A DNA stretch of 36,471 nt from an uncultured Clostridia bacterium (GTDB taxonomy: Bacteria > Bacillota > Clostridia > Christensenellales > UBA1242), in assembly GCA_944384385.1 (NCBI GenBank), contig CALWTG010000002.1, positions 1-36,471 on the forward strand, read 5' to 3'. Numbering within the stretch: position 1 is the first letter of the stretch; each line of letters starts with the position of its first letter. Shown piece after piece: positions 1 to 10,148 of this stretch. Under the pieces are notes generated by a model. It ran no database searches and was not told the DNA's origin. It saw nothing but the letters and a program-made list of their open reading frames with translations. The translations under genes and the position numbers were made by a program.

Positions 1-526
1 TTATGTTGGCATTTCTTTATTGGTTGCTTTTGTACTACTTTCAATAATAATGGTGATAAGATACAGAGATCTTGGGTTAATTTCAATTTTAACAGGGCTT
101 GTTAATATTGTATTATACCTATTCTTGCTTCAAGCTTTGCCAATTGTAACATTGTCACTTAGTGGAATCATCGGCTCAATTATGGGATATTGTTTAACTG
201 TGCTATGCCATATCGTGCTTTTTGAAAAGATGAAAAAAGAATATTCAATGGGAAGAAAAATTTCACTTTCATTCAAACTTGCATACAAAGACAGTTTGTT
301 TACAATTTTGGATATTATGGCTATTGCACTTATAGGTAGCCTTGCACTTTACTTTGTTGGTTTTGACTTATTAAAGTCATTTGCAATTGGTATATTTATT
401 GGTGGATTATTGTCTATATTCTCTGTATATTGCGTAACAAGGCTTTTCACCAAATGGTATTTGCCTCTAAATAGCACCAAAGAAACTCACTTGGCATTCA
501 AGAGGGAGGCGTCAAATGAAGACTAA
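1..526 (+). CDS. secD: Protein translocase subunit SecD, C-terminal fragment (5' end upstream of window)
   Basis: Frame 2 is open from the window edge to TAA at 524-526. It encodes a multi-TM SecD/SecF-type C-terminal membrane domain and overlaps the downstream secF start, matching the secD-secF gene order. Confidence 0.7.
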   Translation, partial: YVGISLLVAFVLLSIIMVIRYRDLGLISILTGLVNIVLYLFLLQALPIVTLSLSGIIGSIMGYCLTVLCHIVLFEKMKKEYSMGRKISLSFKLAYKDSLFTILDIMAIALIGSLALYFVGFDLLKSFAIGIFIGGLLSIFSVYCVTRLFTKWYLPLNSTKETHLAFKREASNED

Positions 527-1592
527 TCTTAGAAAAAAAATAGAAAATAGCAAATATGGTTTCGTGCAAAATTTTTGGTATCATTTAATAGCTCCGCTTT
601 GCATTATAGTTTTGGCATTAGTACTTGCACTATGCTTTAACTTTAATTTGGGTCTTGATTTTCGTGGTGGTACAGTCGCAACAGTTGTTGTCGATGAAGA
701 TTTGTCTATCTCGGAAAATTATAACAAAGCAAAGCAAACTTTAGATGAAGTATTAGCTCAAAATAATATAAATGGGCTTGTGTATCAAAAAGAAACGACA
801 AATTATTATGGCGATGCAATTGTCGTTAGATTTGAAAGAGTTGATGATGATGTTCGTGATATGCTTCGTAATGATTTGATTGAAGCTTTTCATTCACAGA
901 CGGCAGAAGATGACCTTGAAAAATTTGTACAAGTTGATAACTTTGAGGCAAATGTTGACCCCGCAATTATGACATCAACATTACTTGCAGTGCTTGTCGC
1001 AGTCGTATGCAGTATGATTTATATTTGGATAAGACACGGCACAACTGCTGGCTTTTTGTCACTTCTTGTTTGTTTGTTTGACTTGGTGATATCAACATCC
1101 CTTGTTGTCATTATAAGGACAGTGGTTGAAATGTCATCAATAATTGCTTTGGGCTTTGTTATGTTATATTCACTTTTGAATACATTGCTTTTTGTTAGTG
1201 ATGCAAATGCAAACTTAAAACAAGAAAAATATGCCAAATCAAGCATTCAAGAAGTTGCAAATGTCACAACTAAAAATGGAATTATTTTAAAACTTTCAAT
1301 AGCACTTATCTTATTGATATTTATGCTTTTGATTGGTGTTGTTCCTGCTTATCAGGTTAGAAGTTTGTCTATGCCATGCCTTATTGGAGTGATTGAAGTC
1401 TTCTTATCTTCATTATTCATAACCCCAGGGCTTTGGTCATTGACTTATATAAAAAGAAGAGCAAAAACACCTAAACAAGATACAAAGGTAATTAAAGAAG
1501 AAAAGCTTGCTGAAGAAGATATAACAAAACAACCTGAAGTTATTGTTGAGACAGAAGAAAATGAAAACAAATCTGAAAAATCCGCTAGTTAA
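516..1592 (+). CDS. secF: Protein translocase subunit SecF
   Basis: 358 aa. An N-terminal TM is followed by LGLDFRGGT (typical SecF motif), a periplasmic-type domain and a hydrophobic C-terminal half. The start overlaps secD by 11 nt. Confidence 0.85.
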   Translation: MKTNLRKKIENSKYGFVQNFWYHLIAPLCIIVLALVLALCFNFNLGLDFRGGTVATVVVDEDLSISENYNKAKQTLDEVLAQNNINGLVYQKETTNYYGDAIVVRFERVDDDVRDMLRNDLIEAFHSQTAEDDLEKFVQVDNFEANVDPAIMTSTLLAVLVAVVCSMIYIWIRHGTTAGFLSLLVCLFDLVISTSLVVIIRTVVEMSSIIALGFVMLYSLLNTLLFVSDANANLKQEKYAKSSIQEVANVTTKNGIILKLSIALILLIFMLLIGVVPAYQVRSLSMPCLIGVIEVFLSSLFITPGLWSLTYIKRRAKTPKQDTKVIKEEKLAEEDITKQPEVIVETEENENKSEKSAS

Positions 1593-1608
1593 TGCGGATT
1601 TTTTTTAT
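1576..1608 (+). terminator. Intrinsic terminator of secDF
   Basis: Stem AAATCCGC (1578-1585) pairs with GCGGATTT (1594-1601). The loop contains the secF stop codon, and a T-run follows. Confidence 0.7.
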
Positions 1609-1616
1609 ATATCATT

Positions 1617-1644
1617 TTGAATAAATGCTACTGTGTAGTATAAT
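1617..1644 (+). promoter_or_regulatory. Sigma-A type promoter candidate for recJ
   Basis: TTGAAT (1617-1622), 16-nt spacer, TATAAT (1639-1644), about 45 nt upstream of the recJ ATG. Confidence 0.5.
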
Positions 1645-1687
1645 TGAGCCATAAGGTGATTTCTGCTATTTGCAGAAGGGTTGATTT

Positions 1688-4078
1688 ATGAAATTGATAA
1701 AATATTACAATGAAAGTGCTGACAGCACTCGTATTTTAGAGTACTCCAAACTATTCAATATTGATTCTAAGGTTATGGAGATAATCTTTTCTAAGGGCTA
1801 TACAAATATTGAGGACATTAAAACCTTTTTGACACCAACAGAGCAAAATTTTGTTGATCCTTTCAAACTTTCTGGAATGAAAGAATGTGTTGAAAAAATC
1901 AAAAAGGCAGTAGAGCAAAATAAGCGTATTTTGATATTTGGCGACTACGATGTTGACGGAATGTCTGCATCTGCAATTATGTTAAAAATGCTAAAAAAAC
2001 TTGGCAGTGATGCTAATTATTATTTGCCAAACAGATTTATTGATGGGTATGGTTTAACAAATGATGTTATTGATAAAATAAATGCACAATATGCTCCTGA
2101 ACTTATAATAACAGTGGACTGTGGTATAACTTGTTATGAACAAGTGGAATATTGCAAAAAACTTGGCATTGATATTATAGTTACTGACCACCATGAACTG
2201 CCAGACGTTTTACCACAAACTATAATTGTTAATCCAAAGTTACCAAATCAACAATATAAATTTAATGGACTTTGTGGCACAGGTGTTGCTTTCAAAATTG
2301 CTCAAGCGATGATGAAAGATGACTATGAAGAATTTTTGCCAATTGCTGCCATTGCGACAATTGCGGATATTGTACCTTTGAAAGATGAGAATAGAATAAT
2401 TGTTGCAAAAGGTTTAAAATGTTTAAATAAATACTTGCCAATAGGACTTAGATTATTGTTTAAACAAAATAAAATCAATTTGGAAAAAATAGATGCAAGC
2501 GATATTGCTTTTAAAATAGCACCTAAGCTTAATGCTACTGGAAGAATGGGAGATGCTTCTATTTCTCTAAAACTAATGCTTGAAACAAATCTACAAAAAA
2601 TTCATGAACTTATTGGTAAAATAACGGAATGCAATACGAAAAGGCAAGAACTGTGCAATAAGGTTTTTGACGACTGTGAAGAAATGTTGAAAGACAAAAA
2701 TATGTCTGAGCGGCCTGCTATTATATTAAAGTCTGAAAATTGGGATAGTGGTATACTTGGAATTGTTTGTTCAAGACTTTTAGATATTTATAATCGTCCT
2801 GTGATTTTACTTTCACAATCAGGGGATACGTTAAAAGGCTCAGCTAGAAGTATAGACGATGTTAATATACATCAAGTATTAAGCTCAGTTCATGACATAT
2901 TGGATGTATTTGGCGGACATAAAGTTGCAGCAGGACTAACTTTAAATGCTAAACACTTTGATGAGTTTCGCAACCGCGTCAATTCATTTATGTTTGAAAA
3001 TATTAGTAGCAGGGCTTTTGTTCCTATTGAATATTATGACCTCGAACTACGTGAGACAGACTTGACCGATAAATTTTACAATGATTTAAACCTTCTTGAA
3101 CCATGTGGCTGTGAAAATCCGAAGCCAAAGTTTTTAGTGAGAACAAAACATCTAAGACTTCATCCATTAAAACCAAATTCGTTACATGCTTATATTGGAA
3201 TAAACAACAAATTAAGTTTAATGTTTTTTAACTATGTAAAATATATCGGCAAACTTAATTTTGCTTCGGAGTTTGAATTTATTTTTGAACTTCAAGAAAA
3301 AAGAAAGGGTGGATATAAGGGAATAGTTAAAACTTTTGAATCGTCGTGTGACATAAAAAAGAGTGCAGATAAATATTTAAACGCTTTTAAAATTTCACAA
3401 TTAAAATATTCTAATATAAAAAATGAACCAAAATTTACTTACTATGACGAAAATGAACTTTTAAATTTTATTGTAGATTGTTCAACTACAACATTTGGAA
3501 CCACTTTTGTGGCTTTTAATTGTCAAACCTATAAAGATTTTATAAACACTTATGATTTGACCAACATATTCGACATAAATATTATGAATGAAATTTCAAC
3601 TGGGTTTAATTGTTTAGTGCTTTGTCCTAGCGACCTTGAATTTGCAAAAAATTGCAAAAAAATAATATTTTTAGATGAAATTTATGATACAGGATATTTA
3701 AATAAAATAAATGAAATATCTAAAGCTCAGGTTTATATCCCTAAAAACAACGAAAATAATATAAAATTGATTTTATCTTTAAATTTAAATCGCATGGAAT
3801 TAACCAAGTTTTATAAAAACATTTTAAAGTTAGAAAATAGCGGATATACAGGCGTTTTTGCTGTTTATTCATCAATGGTGAGAGATTGCAAAATAAATAT
3901 TAGTTTTAATAATTTTTTGGCATATTTTTACATTTTATCAGAATTAAAAATAATAAAAACAAATAAAAAAGATGGTTTATTTTATTTTGAAATAAACAAA
4001 AATACAAAAACAAATTTAAATACCTCAAAAATATATAATACATTGAATTTTATAAGGAGGGTTTATGCAAGAAATTGA
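1688..4078 (+). CDS. recJ: Single-stranded-DNA-specific exonuclease RecJ
   Basis: 796 aa. DHH family motifs are present: GDYDVDGMSA, TVDCGI, VTDHHE, and the DHHA1 region GGHKVAAG. It has a long C-terminal extension, as in Bacillus-type RecJ. Confidence 0.9.
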   Translation: MKLIKYYNESADSTRILEYSKLFNIDSKVMEIIFSKGYTNIEDIKTFLTPTEQNFVDPFKLSGMKECVEKIKKAVEQNKRILIFGDYDVDGMSASAIMLKMLKKLGSDANYYLPNRFIDGYGLTNDVIDKINAQYAPELIITVDCGITCYEQVEYCKKLGIDIIVTDHHELPDVLPQTIIVNPKLPNQQYKFNGLCGTGVAFKIAQAMMKDDYEEFLPIAAIATIADIVPLKDENRIIVAKGLKCLNKYLPIGLRLLFKQNKINLEKIDASDIAFKIAPKLNATGRMGDASISLKLMLETNLQKIHELIGKITECNTKRQELCNKVFDDCEEMLKDKNMSERPAIILKSENWDSGILGIVCSRLLDIYNRPVILLSQSGDTLKGSARSIDDVNIHQVLSSVHDILDVFGGHKVAAGLTLNAKHFDEFRNRVNSFMFENISSRAFVPIEYYDLELRETDLTDKFYNDLNLLEPCGCENPKPKFLVRTKHLRLHPLKPNSLHAYIGINNKLSLMFFNYVKYIGKLNFASEFEFIFELQEKRKGGYKGIVKTFESSCDIKKSADKYLNAFKISQLKYSNIKNEPKFTYYDENELLNFIVDCSTTTFGTTFVAFNCQTYKDFINTYDLTNIFDINIMNEISTGFNCLVLCPSDLEFAKNCKKIIFLDEIYDTGYLNKINEISKAQVYIPKNNENNIKLILSLNLNRMELTKFYKNILKLENSGYTGVFAVYSSMVRDCKINISFNNFLAYFYILSELKIIKTNKKDGLFYFEINKNTKTNLNTSKIYNTLNFIRRVYARN

Positions 4079-6161
4079 AAAGTTGATATTAGAAAATTTT
4101 AAATTAGATGAAAGTGAAAAAAGTTTATTAAATTCTATTTTAAAATGTGATTTTGTTAAACCAAAAAGAATTTATGAAATAGTCAAATCGCTTATTGATT
4201 TTAGACTGGACTTTCATTCTATCGTTGCATATCTTGCATATGAATGTGACTATAAATTTGAAGATGGCACCGATGAAGATATATTAAAAATTTATAATGT
4301 GTTAAAAAGTGCGTTTGTTATCACTGAAGGTATGTCAAAGCAAGAGCAAGCTGACGAGATAAGAAAGATGTTCATTGCAATGAGTACTGATGTTAGGGTT
4401 ATCGTTGTAAGACTGTATATAATGCTGTATGACATTTCTGAGTACACCTTGCCATTAACAAAAGAACAAAAGCAAACTTTAATTAACATAAAAGATATCT
4501 ATGCGCCTTTGGCGGAAAGACTTGGCTTAAACTCGCTAAAATCTAATTTGGAAGATTATTGCTTGCAGTTTTTAAGTCCAAAGACTTATGAAAACTTGTC
4601 TAAAAGCGTTATGCTTCAAAGAGATGCAAACGAAGAACAAATCGATATAACGAAAAAGAGATTGCAACAAATTTTGGATGAGCTTGGGCTTAAAAATGCA
4701 GTTATTATGGCTAGACAAAAGCACTTTTCTAGTATTTATAGAAAAATCAAGACAAAAGGTGAAAGCCTTGCAAACATCTATGATTTGATTGCGCTTAGAG
4801 TGCTTGTTGATAATGTCGACCAGTGTTATGCTGTGCTTGGCAAAATTCACGCAATATACAAACCAATGGAAGGAAGAATTAAAGACTATATTGCATTGCC
4901 AAAGCCAAACGGATATCAATCTTTACACACCACAATAATTGCTGAAAACAAAAGACCGCTAGAAATTCAAATTCGTACATTTGAGATGCACAAACTTGCA
5001 GAATACGGAGTTTTTGCACACTGGCTTTACAAAGAAAAAAAGAGTGGTTTTGAAAACGAACTAGACAAAAAGATTTCGTGGCTAAGAGAGATTATGGAAA
5101 GTTCAAAAGACCTTTCTAGTGAAGAATTTATCCAAACATTAAAGACAAATCTTTGTGAAGGTCAAATCTTTGTCCAAACACCAAAAGGTAAAGTCCTTGA
5201 ATTTGTAGAGGGAGCAACGGCGTTAGATTTCGCATATGCAATTCACTCGCAAGTTGGTAATATGTGCGTAGGCGCAAAAATAAACGGTAAAATCAAACCT
5301 CTTGGCACAAAACTACAAAATGGCGACATAGTTGAAATAATAACTTCTCAAAATTCAAAAGGGCCTTCAAAAGATTGGTTAAAAATTGTCGTCACTTCAA
5401 CTGCTAAGGCAAAAATAAACAGCTACTTTAAACACGAACTAAAAGAAGAAAATATAAAGTTAGGCTTATCAATGCTTGAACAGGGTATAAAGAACAGGGG
5501 ATATTCTCCTGCAAAGATATTGATTGATAAATATCTTGATATGAACAACTTTAAATTTGCGTTTAATACAAAAGAAGAACTATTCGCAGCAATTGGTTAT
5601 GGCTCAGTTTCTGCAAACAATGTTTGCAACAAACTTTGCCAATTATACCAAAATGACCATCCAAATGAAACACTTTTAACGCAAGTTAGCACATCTCCTT
5701 CACTTTTAATAAAGAAAAATAAAGACGGAGTTTTGGTTGATGGTGACAGTGGTATGCTGATTAGATATGCAGGTTGTTGTAATCCTGTTTTTGGTGAAGA
5801 TATTGTGGGTTACATTTCTCGAGGCAGAGGTGTCACAATACACAGAAAAGATTGTCAAAATTTAAACTACTTGGAACCTGAGCGTCTTATCAAAGCAGTT
5901 TGGGATGACAGTGCAACCTCAAAAACTACTTCTGTCGTTATTAAGATAATATCACTTACATCTGACGGATTTTTAGCCAAATTAACGCAAGAGATTTTGG
6001 GAGCGGGATATAAAATATTAGGACTTGAAACAAAAGTTTCGTCAGACAAAACCAACACAACTTTAAAAACAGAAGTAAAAAAACTTGACGATGTAACTAA
6101 ACTTATCAATACTATAAAATTGATAAGTGGTGTTGAAGAAGTATTTAGGGCAGGTAATTAA
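4065..6161 (+). CDS. relA: Long RelA/SpoT homolog, (p)ppGpp synthetase with degenerate hydrolase domain
   Basis: 698 aa. Synthetase motifs are intact: KHFSSIYRKI, DLIALRVL, PKPNGYQSLHT, EIQIRT, AHWLYKE. A TGS domain (GDIVEIITS) and a C-terminal ACT-like domain are present. GGAGGG lies upstream of the ATG, and the start overlaps recJ by 14 nt. The N-terminal HD region lacks the HD and DRLHN motifs (see findings). Confidence 0.9.
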   Translation: MQEIEKLILENFKLDESEKSLLNSILKCDFVKPKRIYEIVKSLIDFRLDFHSIVAYLAYECDYKFEDGTDEDILKIYNVLKSAFVITEGMSKQEQADEIRKMFIAMSTDVRVIVVRLYIMLYDISEYTLPLTKEQKQTLINIKDIYAPLAERLGLNSLKSNLEDYCLQFLSPKTYENLSKSVMLQRDANEEQIDITKKRLQQILDELGLKNAVIMARQKHFSSIYRKIKTKGESLANIYDLIALRVLVDNVDQCYAVLGKIHAIYKPMEGRIKDYIALPKPNGYQSLHTTIIAENKRPLEIQIRTFEMHKLAEYGVFAHWLYKEKKSGFENELDKKISWLREIMESSKDLSSEEFIQTLKTNLCEGQIFVQTPKGKVLEFVEGATALDFAYAIHSQVGNMCVGAKINGKIKPLGTKLQNGDIVEIITSQNSKGPSKDWLKIVVTSTAKAKINSYFKHELKEENIKLGLSMLEQGIKNRGYSPAKILIDKYLDMNNFKFAFNTKEELFAAIGYGSVSANNVCNKLCQLYQNDHPNETLLTQVSTSPSLLIKKNKDGVLVDGDSGMLIRYAGCCNPVFGEDIVGYISRGRGVTIHRKDCQNLNYLEPERLIKAVWDDSATSKTTSVVIKIISLTSDGFLAKLTQEILGAGYKILGLETKVSSDKTNTTLKTEVKKLDDVTKLINTIKLISGVEEVFRAGN

Positions 6162-7577
6162 ATGATAATAGAAACAAATTATGATGCTATAAAAAATGAT
6201 TTATATGATGTTATGCACCTTTATTATCCAGATGCTATTTTAAATGATGAATTGCCATCGCTAAAACACAAGATGATACATGACAAAAATGATGTCACAA
6301 ATCTATATGTTGTTGAAGACAGTCAAGGCAAATTTGAATTTTCAGAACATCGCACAATTGATCAAAAAAATGGTGATGCACTTGATGAAAAAAGACAAAT
6401 AAAAAGGTTTGCAAAATTAAGTCTTTATAAAATGCTTTCGAAGCACTTTGATAAAAATATGCCTTGGGGAGCATTAACTGGAGTTAGACCAACAAAAATT
6501 GGATATGATCTTATAAATCAAGGAGTTCCGCCATATCTTTTGCAACAAGCACTAATGGAGAATTTCTTGCTTTCGTCTGACAAAGCAAGACTTGTTGAGA
6601 TGGTGATACAGAATCAAAAATGTATAATAAGAAATGACAAACTTGTTGACCTTTATATCAACATTCCAATTTGTCCAACAAGATGTTCATATTGTTCTTT
6701 TATCGCATCTCGGTATGATGCTGTGAAAGATATTGTTGAAGACTATTTAACTGCACTAATTAAAGATATAAACGCAACCAAAAAGATTATTCAAGATAAC
6801 GCTTTTGTTTTAAGAACAATTTACATTGGTGGTGGTACTCCAACTGTACTCAGTGCCGAGCAACTTGATAGGCTTTTGGACAATTTAAACTATCCAGTGA
6901 GCGAATTTACAGTTGAATGTGGTCGTCCTGACACCATAACAAAAGAAAAACTTGATGTGTTAAAAAAGCATAATGTAACTCGTATTAGTATCAACCCTCA
7001 GACATTTAACGACGCAACTCTTAAAAGAATAGGAAGAAAGCACACAGTGAAAGACACTGTTATGGCTTACAAATTGTCACTTGGCTATGATTTTGTTGTC
7101 AATATGGACATAATAGCAGGGCTTCCAAAAGATTCACTGACTTCTTTCAAAAAAACGGTGGACACTCTTATGCTTTTGGCTCCTGATAATGTTACAGTTC
7201 ACACTCTTGCAATAAAGAGGGGATCACTGCTTAACGAAGATAAACCAAAAACAGAAAATAAACTTGTTGACAAGATGATATCATATGCAGAAAATGTACT
7301 TCACGATAACGGCTACAAACCATATTATTTGTATAGGCAAAAAAATCAGCTTGACGGACAAGAAAACGTTGGATACTATAAAGAACACATTTGTTTATTT
7401 AATGTTGACACAATGGAAGAATGTCTTTCTGTCCTTGCTTGTGGAGCAGGTGGAATATCAAAAAGAGTGTATAGTTTAGACAATAGAATAGAACGTGAAT
7501 CAAATGCAAAAGACATAAAACAATATATTGAAAGAATTGACGAAATGATAGATAAAAAGACAAAACTTTTTTCATAA
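6162..7577 (+). CDS. hemZ: HemZ-type radical SAM protein (oxygen-independent coproporphyrinogen dehydrogenase family)
   Basis: 471 aa. It has the CxxxCxxC cluster motif CPTRCSYCSF and IGGGTPT, plus an N-terminal extension with GALTGVRPTKI typical of HemZ paralogs. The ATG directly abuts the rel stop codon. Confidence 0.75.
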   Translation: MIIETNYDAIKNDLYDVMHLYYPDAILNDELPSLKHKMIHDKNDVTNLYVVEDSQGKFEFSEHRTIDQKNGDALDEKRQIKRFAKLSLYKMLSKHFDKNMPWGALTGVRPTKIGYDLINQGVPPYLLQQALMENFLLSSDKARLVEMVIQNQKCIIRNDKLVDLYINIPICPTRCSYCSFIASRYDAVKDIVEDYLTALIKDINATKKIIQDNAFVLRTIYIGGGTPTVLSAEQLDRLLDNLNYPVSEFTVECGRPDTITKEKLDVLKKHNVTRISINPQTFNDATLKRIGRKHTVKDTVMAYKLSLGYDFVVNMDIIAGLPKDSLTSFKKTVDTLMLLAPDNVTVHTLAIKRGSLLNEDKPKTENKLVDKMISYAENVLHDNGYKPYYLYRQKNQLDGQENVGYYKEHICLFNVDTMEECLSVLACGAGGISKRVYSLDNRIERESNAKDIKQYIERIDEMIDKKTKLFS

Positions 7578-7583
7578 AAATAC

Positions 7584-7612
7584 TAGACATCTAACTTTCG
7601 CTATGATATTAT
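7584..7612 (+). promoter_or_regulatory. Sigma-A type promoter candidate for rpsO
   Basis: TAGACA (7584-7589), 17-nt spacer, TATTAT (7607-7612). This leaves a leader of about 75 nt before the rpsO ATG. Confidence 0.45.
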
Positions 7613-7693
7613 TTATTTGTCCTATGGCACAGGTACTCGACATCCTCTATCGGTATTCTTTGTCTATGGCGTAATATGTTTAAGGAGGAATTC

Positions 7694-7954
7694 ATGGATA
7701 AGGCAAAAAAACAAGAGATAATGGCTAAATATGCTCAGTCTAAGAATGATACTGGTTCTGCTCAAGTTCAAATTGCACTTTTGACTGAAAGAATCAACGA
7801 GTTAACAGAACATCTCAAAGTTAACAAAAAAGACAATCATTCAAGACGTGGACTTTTGAAACTTGTCGGAAAAAGAAAAGGCTTTTTAGCTTATCTTGAA
7901 AGAAAAGATATCAATGCATATCGTGAACTAAAAAAACAACTAAATTTAAGATAG
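7694..7954 (+). CDS. rpsO: 30S ribosomal protein S15
   Basis: [62 protein letters not shown] is a canonical S15 sequence. I prefer the ATG at 7694 because AGGAGG sits 5 nt upstream, rather than the ORF-track start at 7676. Confidence 0.95.
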   Translation: MDKAKKQEIMAKYAQSKNDTGSAQVQIALLTERINELTEHLKVNKKDNHSRRGLLKLVGKRKGFLAYLERKDINAYRELKKQLNLR

Positions 7955-7965
7955 TTAAGTTTTTT

Positions 7966-7991
7966 AAGGGGGAGTATCCCCCTTTATTTTT
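7966..7991 (+). terminator. rpsO-pnp intergenic intrinsic terminator/attenuator
   Basis: AAGGGGG (7966-7972), loop AGTAT, CCCCCTT (7978-7984), followed by TATTTTT. Confidence 0.8.
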
Positions 7992-8007
7992 ATAAAATGA
8001 GGTAATT

Positions 8008-10098
8008 ATGAGTAATGTAGCAAAAATTTTTGAAACAGAAATTGGCGGGAAAAAAGTTACTGTCGAAACAGGTAAATACTGCGAGCAGGCAAATGGTTCT
8101 TGCATAGTTAGGTGCGGAGAAACAGTTGTTATGGTCAATGTAACTATGGCAAAACAGCCACGTGATGGAATTGACTTTTTCCCACTCGGAGTTGACTTTG
8201 AAGAAAAGATGTATTCAGTTGGTAAAATCCCAGGTGGCTACAAAAGAAGAGAAGGTCGCCCTGCTGATAAAGCAATCCTTATTTCAAGGCTTATCGACAG
8301 GCCACTTAGACCACTATTTCCAAAAGGTTTTTATAACGATGTTTCAGTTGTTGCAACAGCACTTTCTGTTGACCCTGATGTCGCAATAGAGCCACTTGCA
8401 ATGCTTGGCTCTTCAATCGCTCTCACAATCTCTGACATACCATTTCAAGGCCCAACAGGTTCAGTTTTGGTTTCTTGCGTAGACGGAAAGTTAATGGTCA
8501 ATGCCAACGAAAAAGAGCGTGAAAGTAGTAATATGCACCTAACCGTCAGCGGAACACATGACGCCATTTTAATGGTTGAAGCTGGTGCAAATGAAGTCCC
8601 TGAACAAGAGATGATTGATGCTATCATGTTCGCACATGAAGAAATCAAAAAACAAGTTGAATTTCAATTAAAAATGAAAGAAGAAATTGGTAAACCAGTT
8701 TGTGAATATCAATCATTTTTACCAAAAGACGATATAAAAGCTGCTGTTGAAGAATATGCCTATGACAAGCTTGTCAAAGCTCTTGACACTTTTGATAGAC
8801 ATACAAGACAACAAAATCAAGACCAAGTTGACGAAGAAGTAAAACAACACTTTGCTGAGATTTTCCCAGACAGAGAGCGTGAAATTGGCGATGTGCTTTA
8901 TGCATTGACGAAAAAGATTGTCAGAAAGAAAATTATTGAGCAGGGAATTAGACCTGACGGAAGAAAACTCACAGAAATTCGTCCAATTTGGTGTGAAGTT
9001 GGCGTTCTTCCAAGAGTACATGGAACAGGAGTGTTCACAAGAGGGCAAACACAAGTATTAACAACATGTACACTTGGTCCAATTTCAGAAGCTCAGGAAA
9101 TTGAAGTTTTGGACGAAGATGAAGAGGTTAAACGCTACATTCATCATTACAATATGCCACCATATGCAACGGGCGAGGCAAAGCCTCTTCGTTCACCAGG
9201 TAGGCGTGAAATTGGTCATGGTGCTTTGGCTGAAAGAGCTTTGGTTCCTGTGATACCATCAGAAGAAGAGTTCCCATATGCAATTAGGCTTGTCAGTGAA
9301 GTTTTGTCATCAAATGGCTCATCATCAATGGCTTCTACTTGTGGTTCAACTTTGGCACTTATGGACGCAGGAGTTCCAATCAGTGCACCAGTTGCCGGTA
9401 TTGCTATGGGCTTAATCAAAGATACAGATTCACATAAGGTTGCTGTTCTTAGTGATATTCAAGGACTTGAAGATTTCTTTGGAGATATGGACTTTAAAGT
9501 TACAGGTACAACAAAGGGTATCACTGCAATTCAAATGGACATTAAAATCAAAGGAATTGACAAGCAAATACTAACGCAAGCACTAAACCAAGCTCGTGAA
9601 GGCAGATTGTACATTATGGACAAGATGCTTCAGGTTATTTCAAAACCAAGAGCACAGCTTTCAAAGTATGCTCCAAAGATAATAACATTCAATATTAACC
9701 CTGACAAAATCAAAGATGTCATCGGTAGTGGTGGAAAAGTCATAAACAAAATCATTGCTGAAACAAATGTTAAAATCGACATCGATGATGATGGAAGAGT
9801 GTTCATCGCAACTCCTGATGCAGATATGGCACAAAGAGCAAAAGAAATTATATTAAACATTGCAGAAGATTTTGAAGTTGGAAAAATCTATTCTGGAAAA
9901 GTTGTTAAAACAACAACTTTTGGTGCTTTTGTCGAAGTTGCCCAGGGCAAAGAAGGAATGATTCACATAAGTAAACTTAGTGACCAAAAAGTCAAAAAAG
10001 TTGAAGATGTTGTGAAAGTCGGCGATAGGGTTGAAGTTGAAGTTATCAAAATTGATGAGAAAAACAGAGTTGACTTCAAGCTTATAGCAAAAGAATAA
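8008..10098 (+). CDS. pnp: Polyribonucleotide nucleotidyltransferase (PNPase)
   Basis: 696 aa with two RNase PH domains, a KH domain (GSGGKVINKI) and an S1 domain (GKVVKTTTFGAFVEV). It lies downstream of rpsO as expected. Confidence 0.97.
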   Translation: MSNVAKIFETEIGGKKVTVETGKYCEQANGSCIVRCGETVVMVNVTMAKQPRDGIDFFPLGVDFEEKMYSVGKIPGGYKRREGRPADKAILISRLIDRPLRPLFPKGFYNDVSVVATALSVDPDVAIEPLAMLGSSIALTISDIPFQGPTGSVLVSCVDGKLMVNANEKERESSNMHLTVSGTHDAILMVEAGANEVPEQEMIDAIMFAHEEIKKQVEFQLKMKEEIGKPVCEYQSFLPKDDIKAAVEEYAYDKLVKALDTFDRHTRQQNQDQVDEEVKQHFAEIFPDREREIGDVLYALTKKIVRKKIIEQGIRPDGRKLTEIRPIWCEVGVLPRVHGTGVFTRGQTQVLTTCTLGPISEAQEIEVLDEDEEVKRYIHHYNMPPYATGEAKPLRSPGRREIGHGALAERALVPVIPSEEEFPYAIRLVSEVLSSNGSSSMASTCGSTLALMDAGVPISAPVAGIAMGLIKDTDSHKVAVLSDIQGLEDFFGDMDFKVTGTTKGITAIQMDIKIKGIDKQILTQALNQAREGRLYIMDKMLQVISKPRAQLSKYAPKIITFNINPDKIKDVIGSGGKVINKIIAETNVKIDIDDDGRVFIATPDADMAQRAKEIILNIAEDFEVGKIYSGKVVKTTTFGAFVEVAQGKEGMIHISKLSDQKVKKVEDVVKVGDRVEVEVIKIDEKNRVDFKLIAKE

Positions 10099-10107
10099 TA
10101 ATAAAAT

Positions 10108-10136
10108 AAAATCACATCAAAAGGTGTGATTTTTTT
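10108..10136 (+). terminator. Intrinsic terminator of pnp
   Basis: AAAATCACATC (10108-10118), loop AAAA, GGTGTGATTTT, with the T-run continuing to 10136. Confidence 0.8.
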
Positions 10137-10148
10137 AATATACAACTA

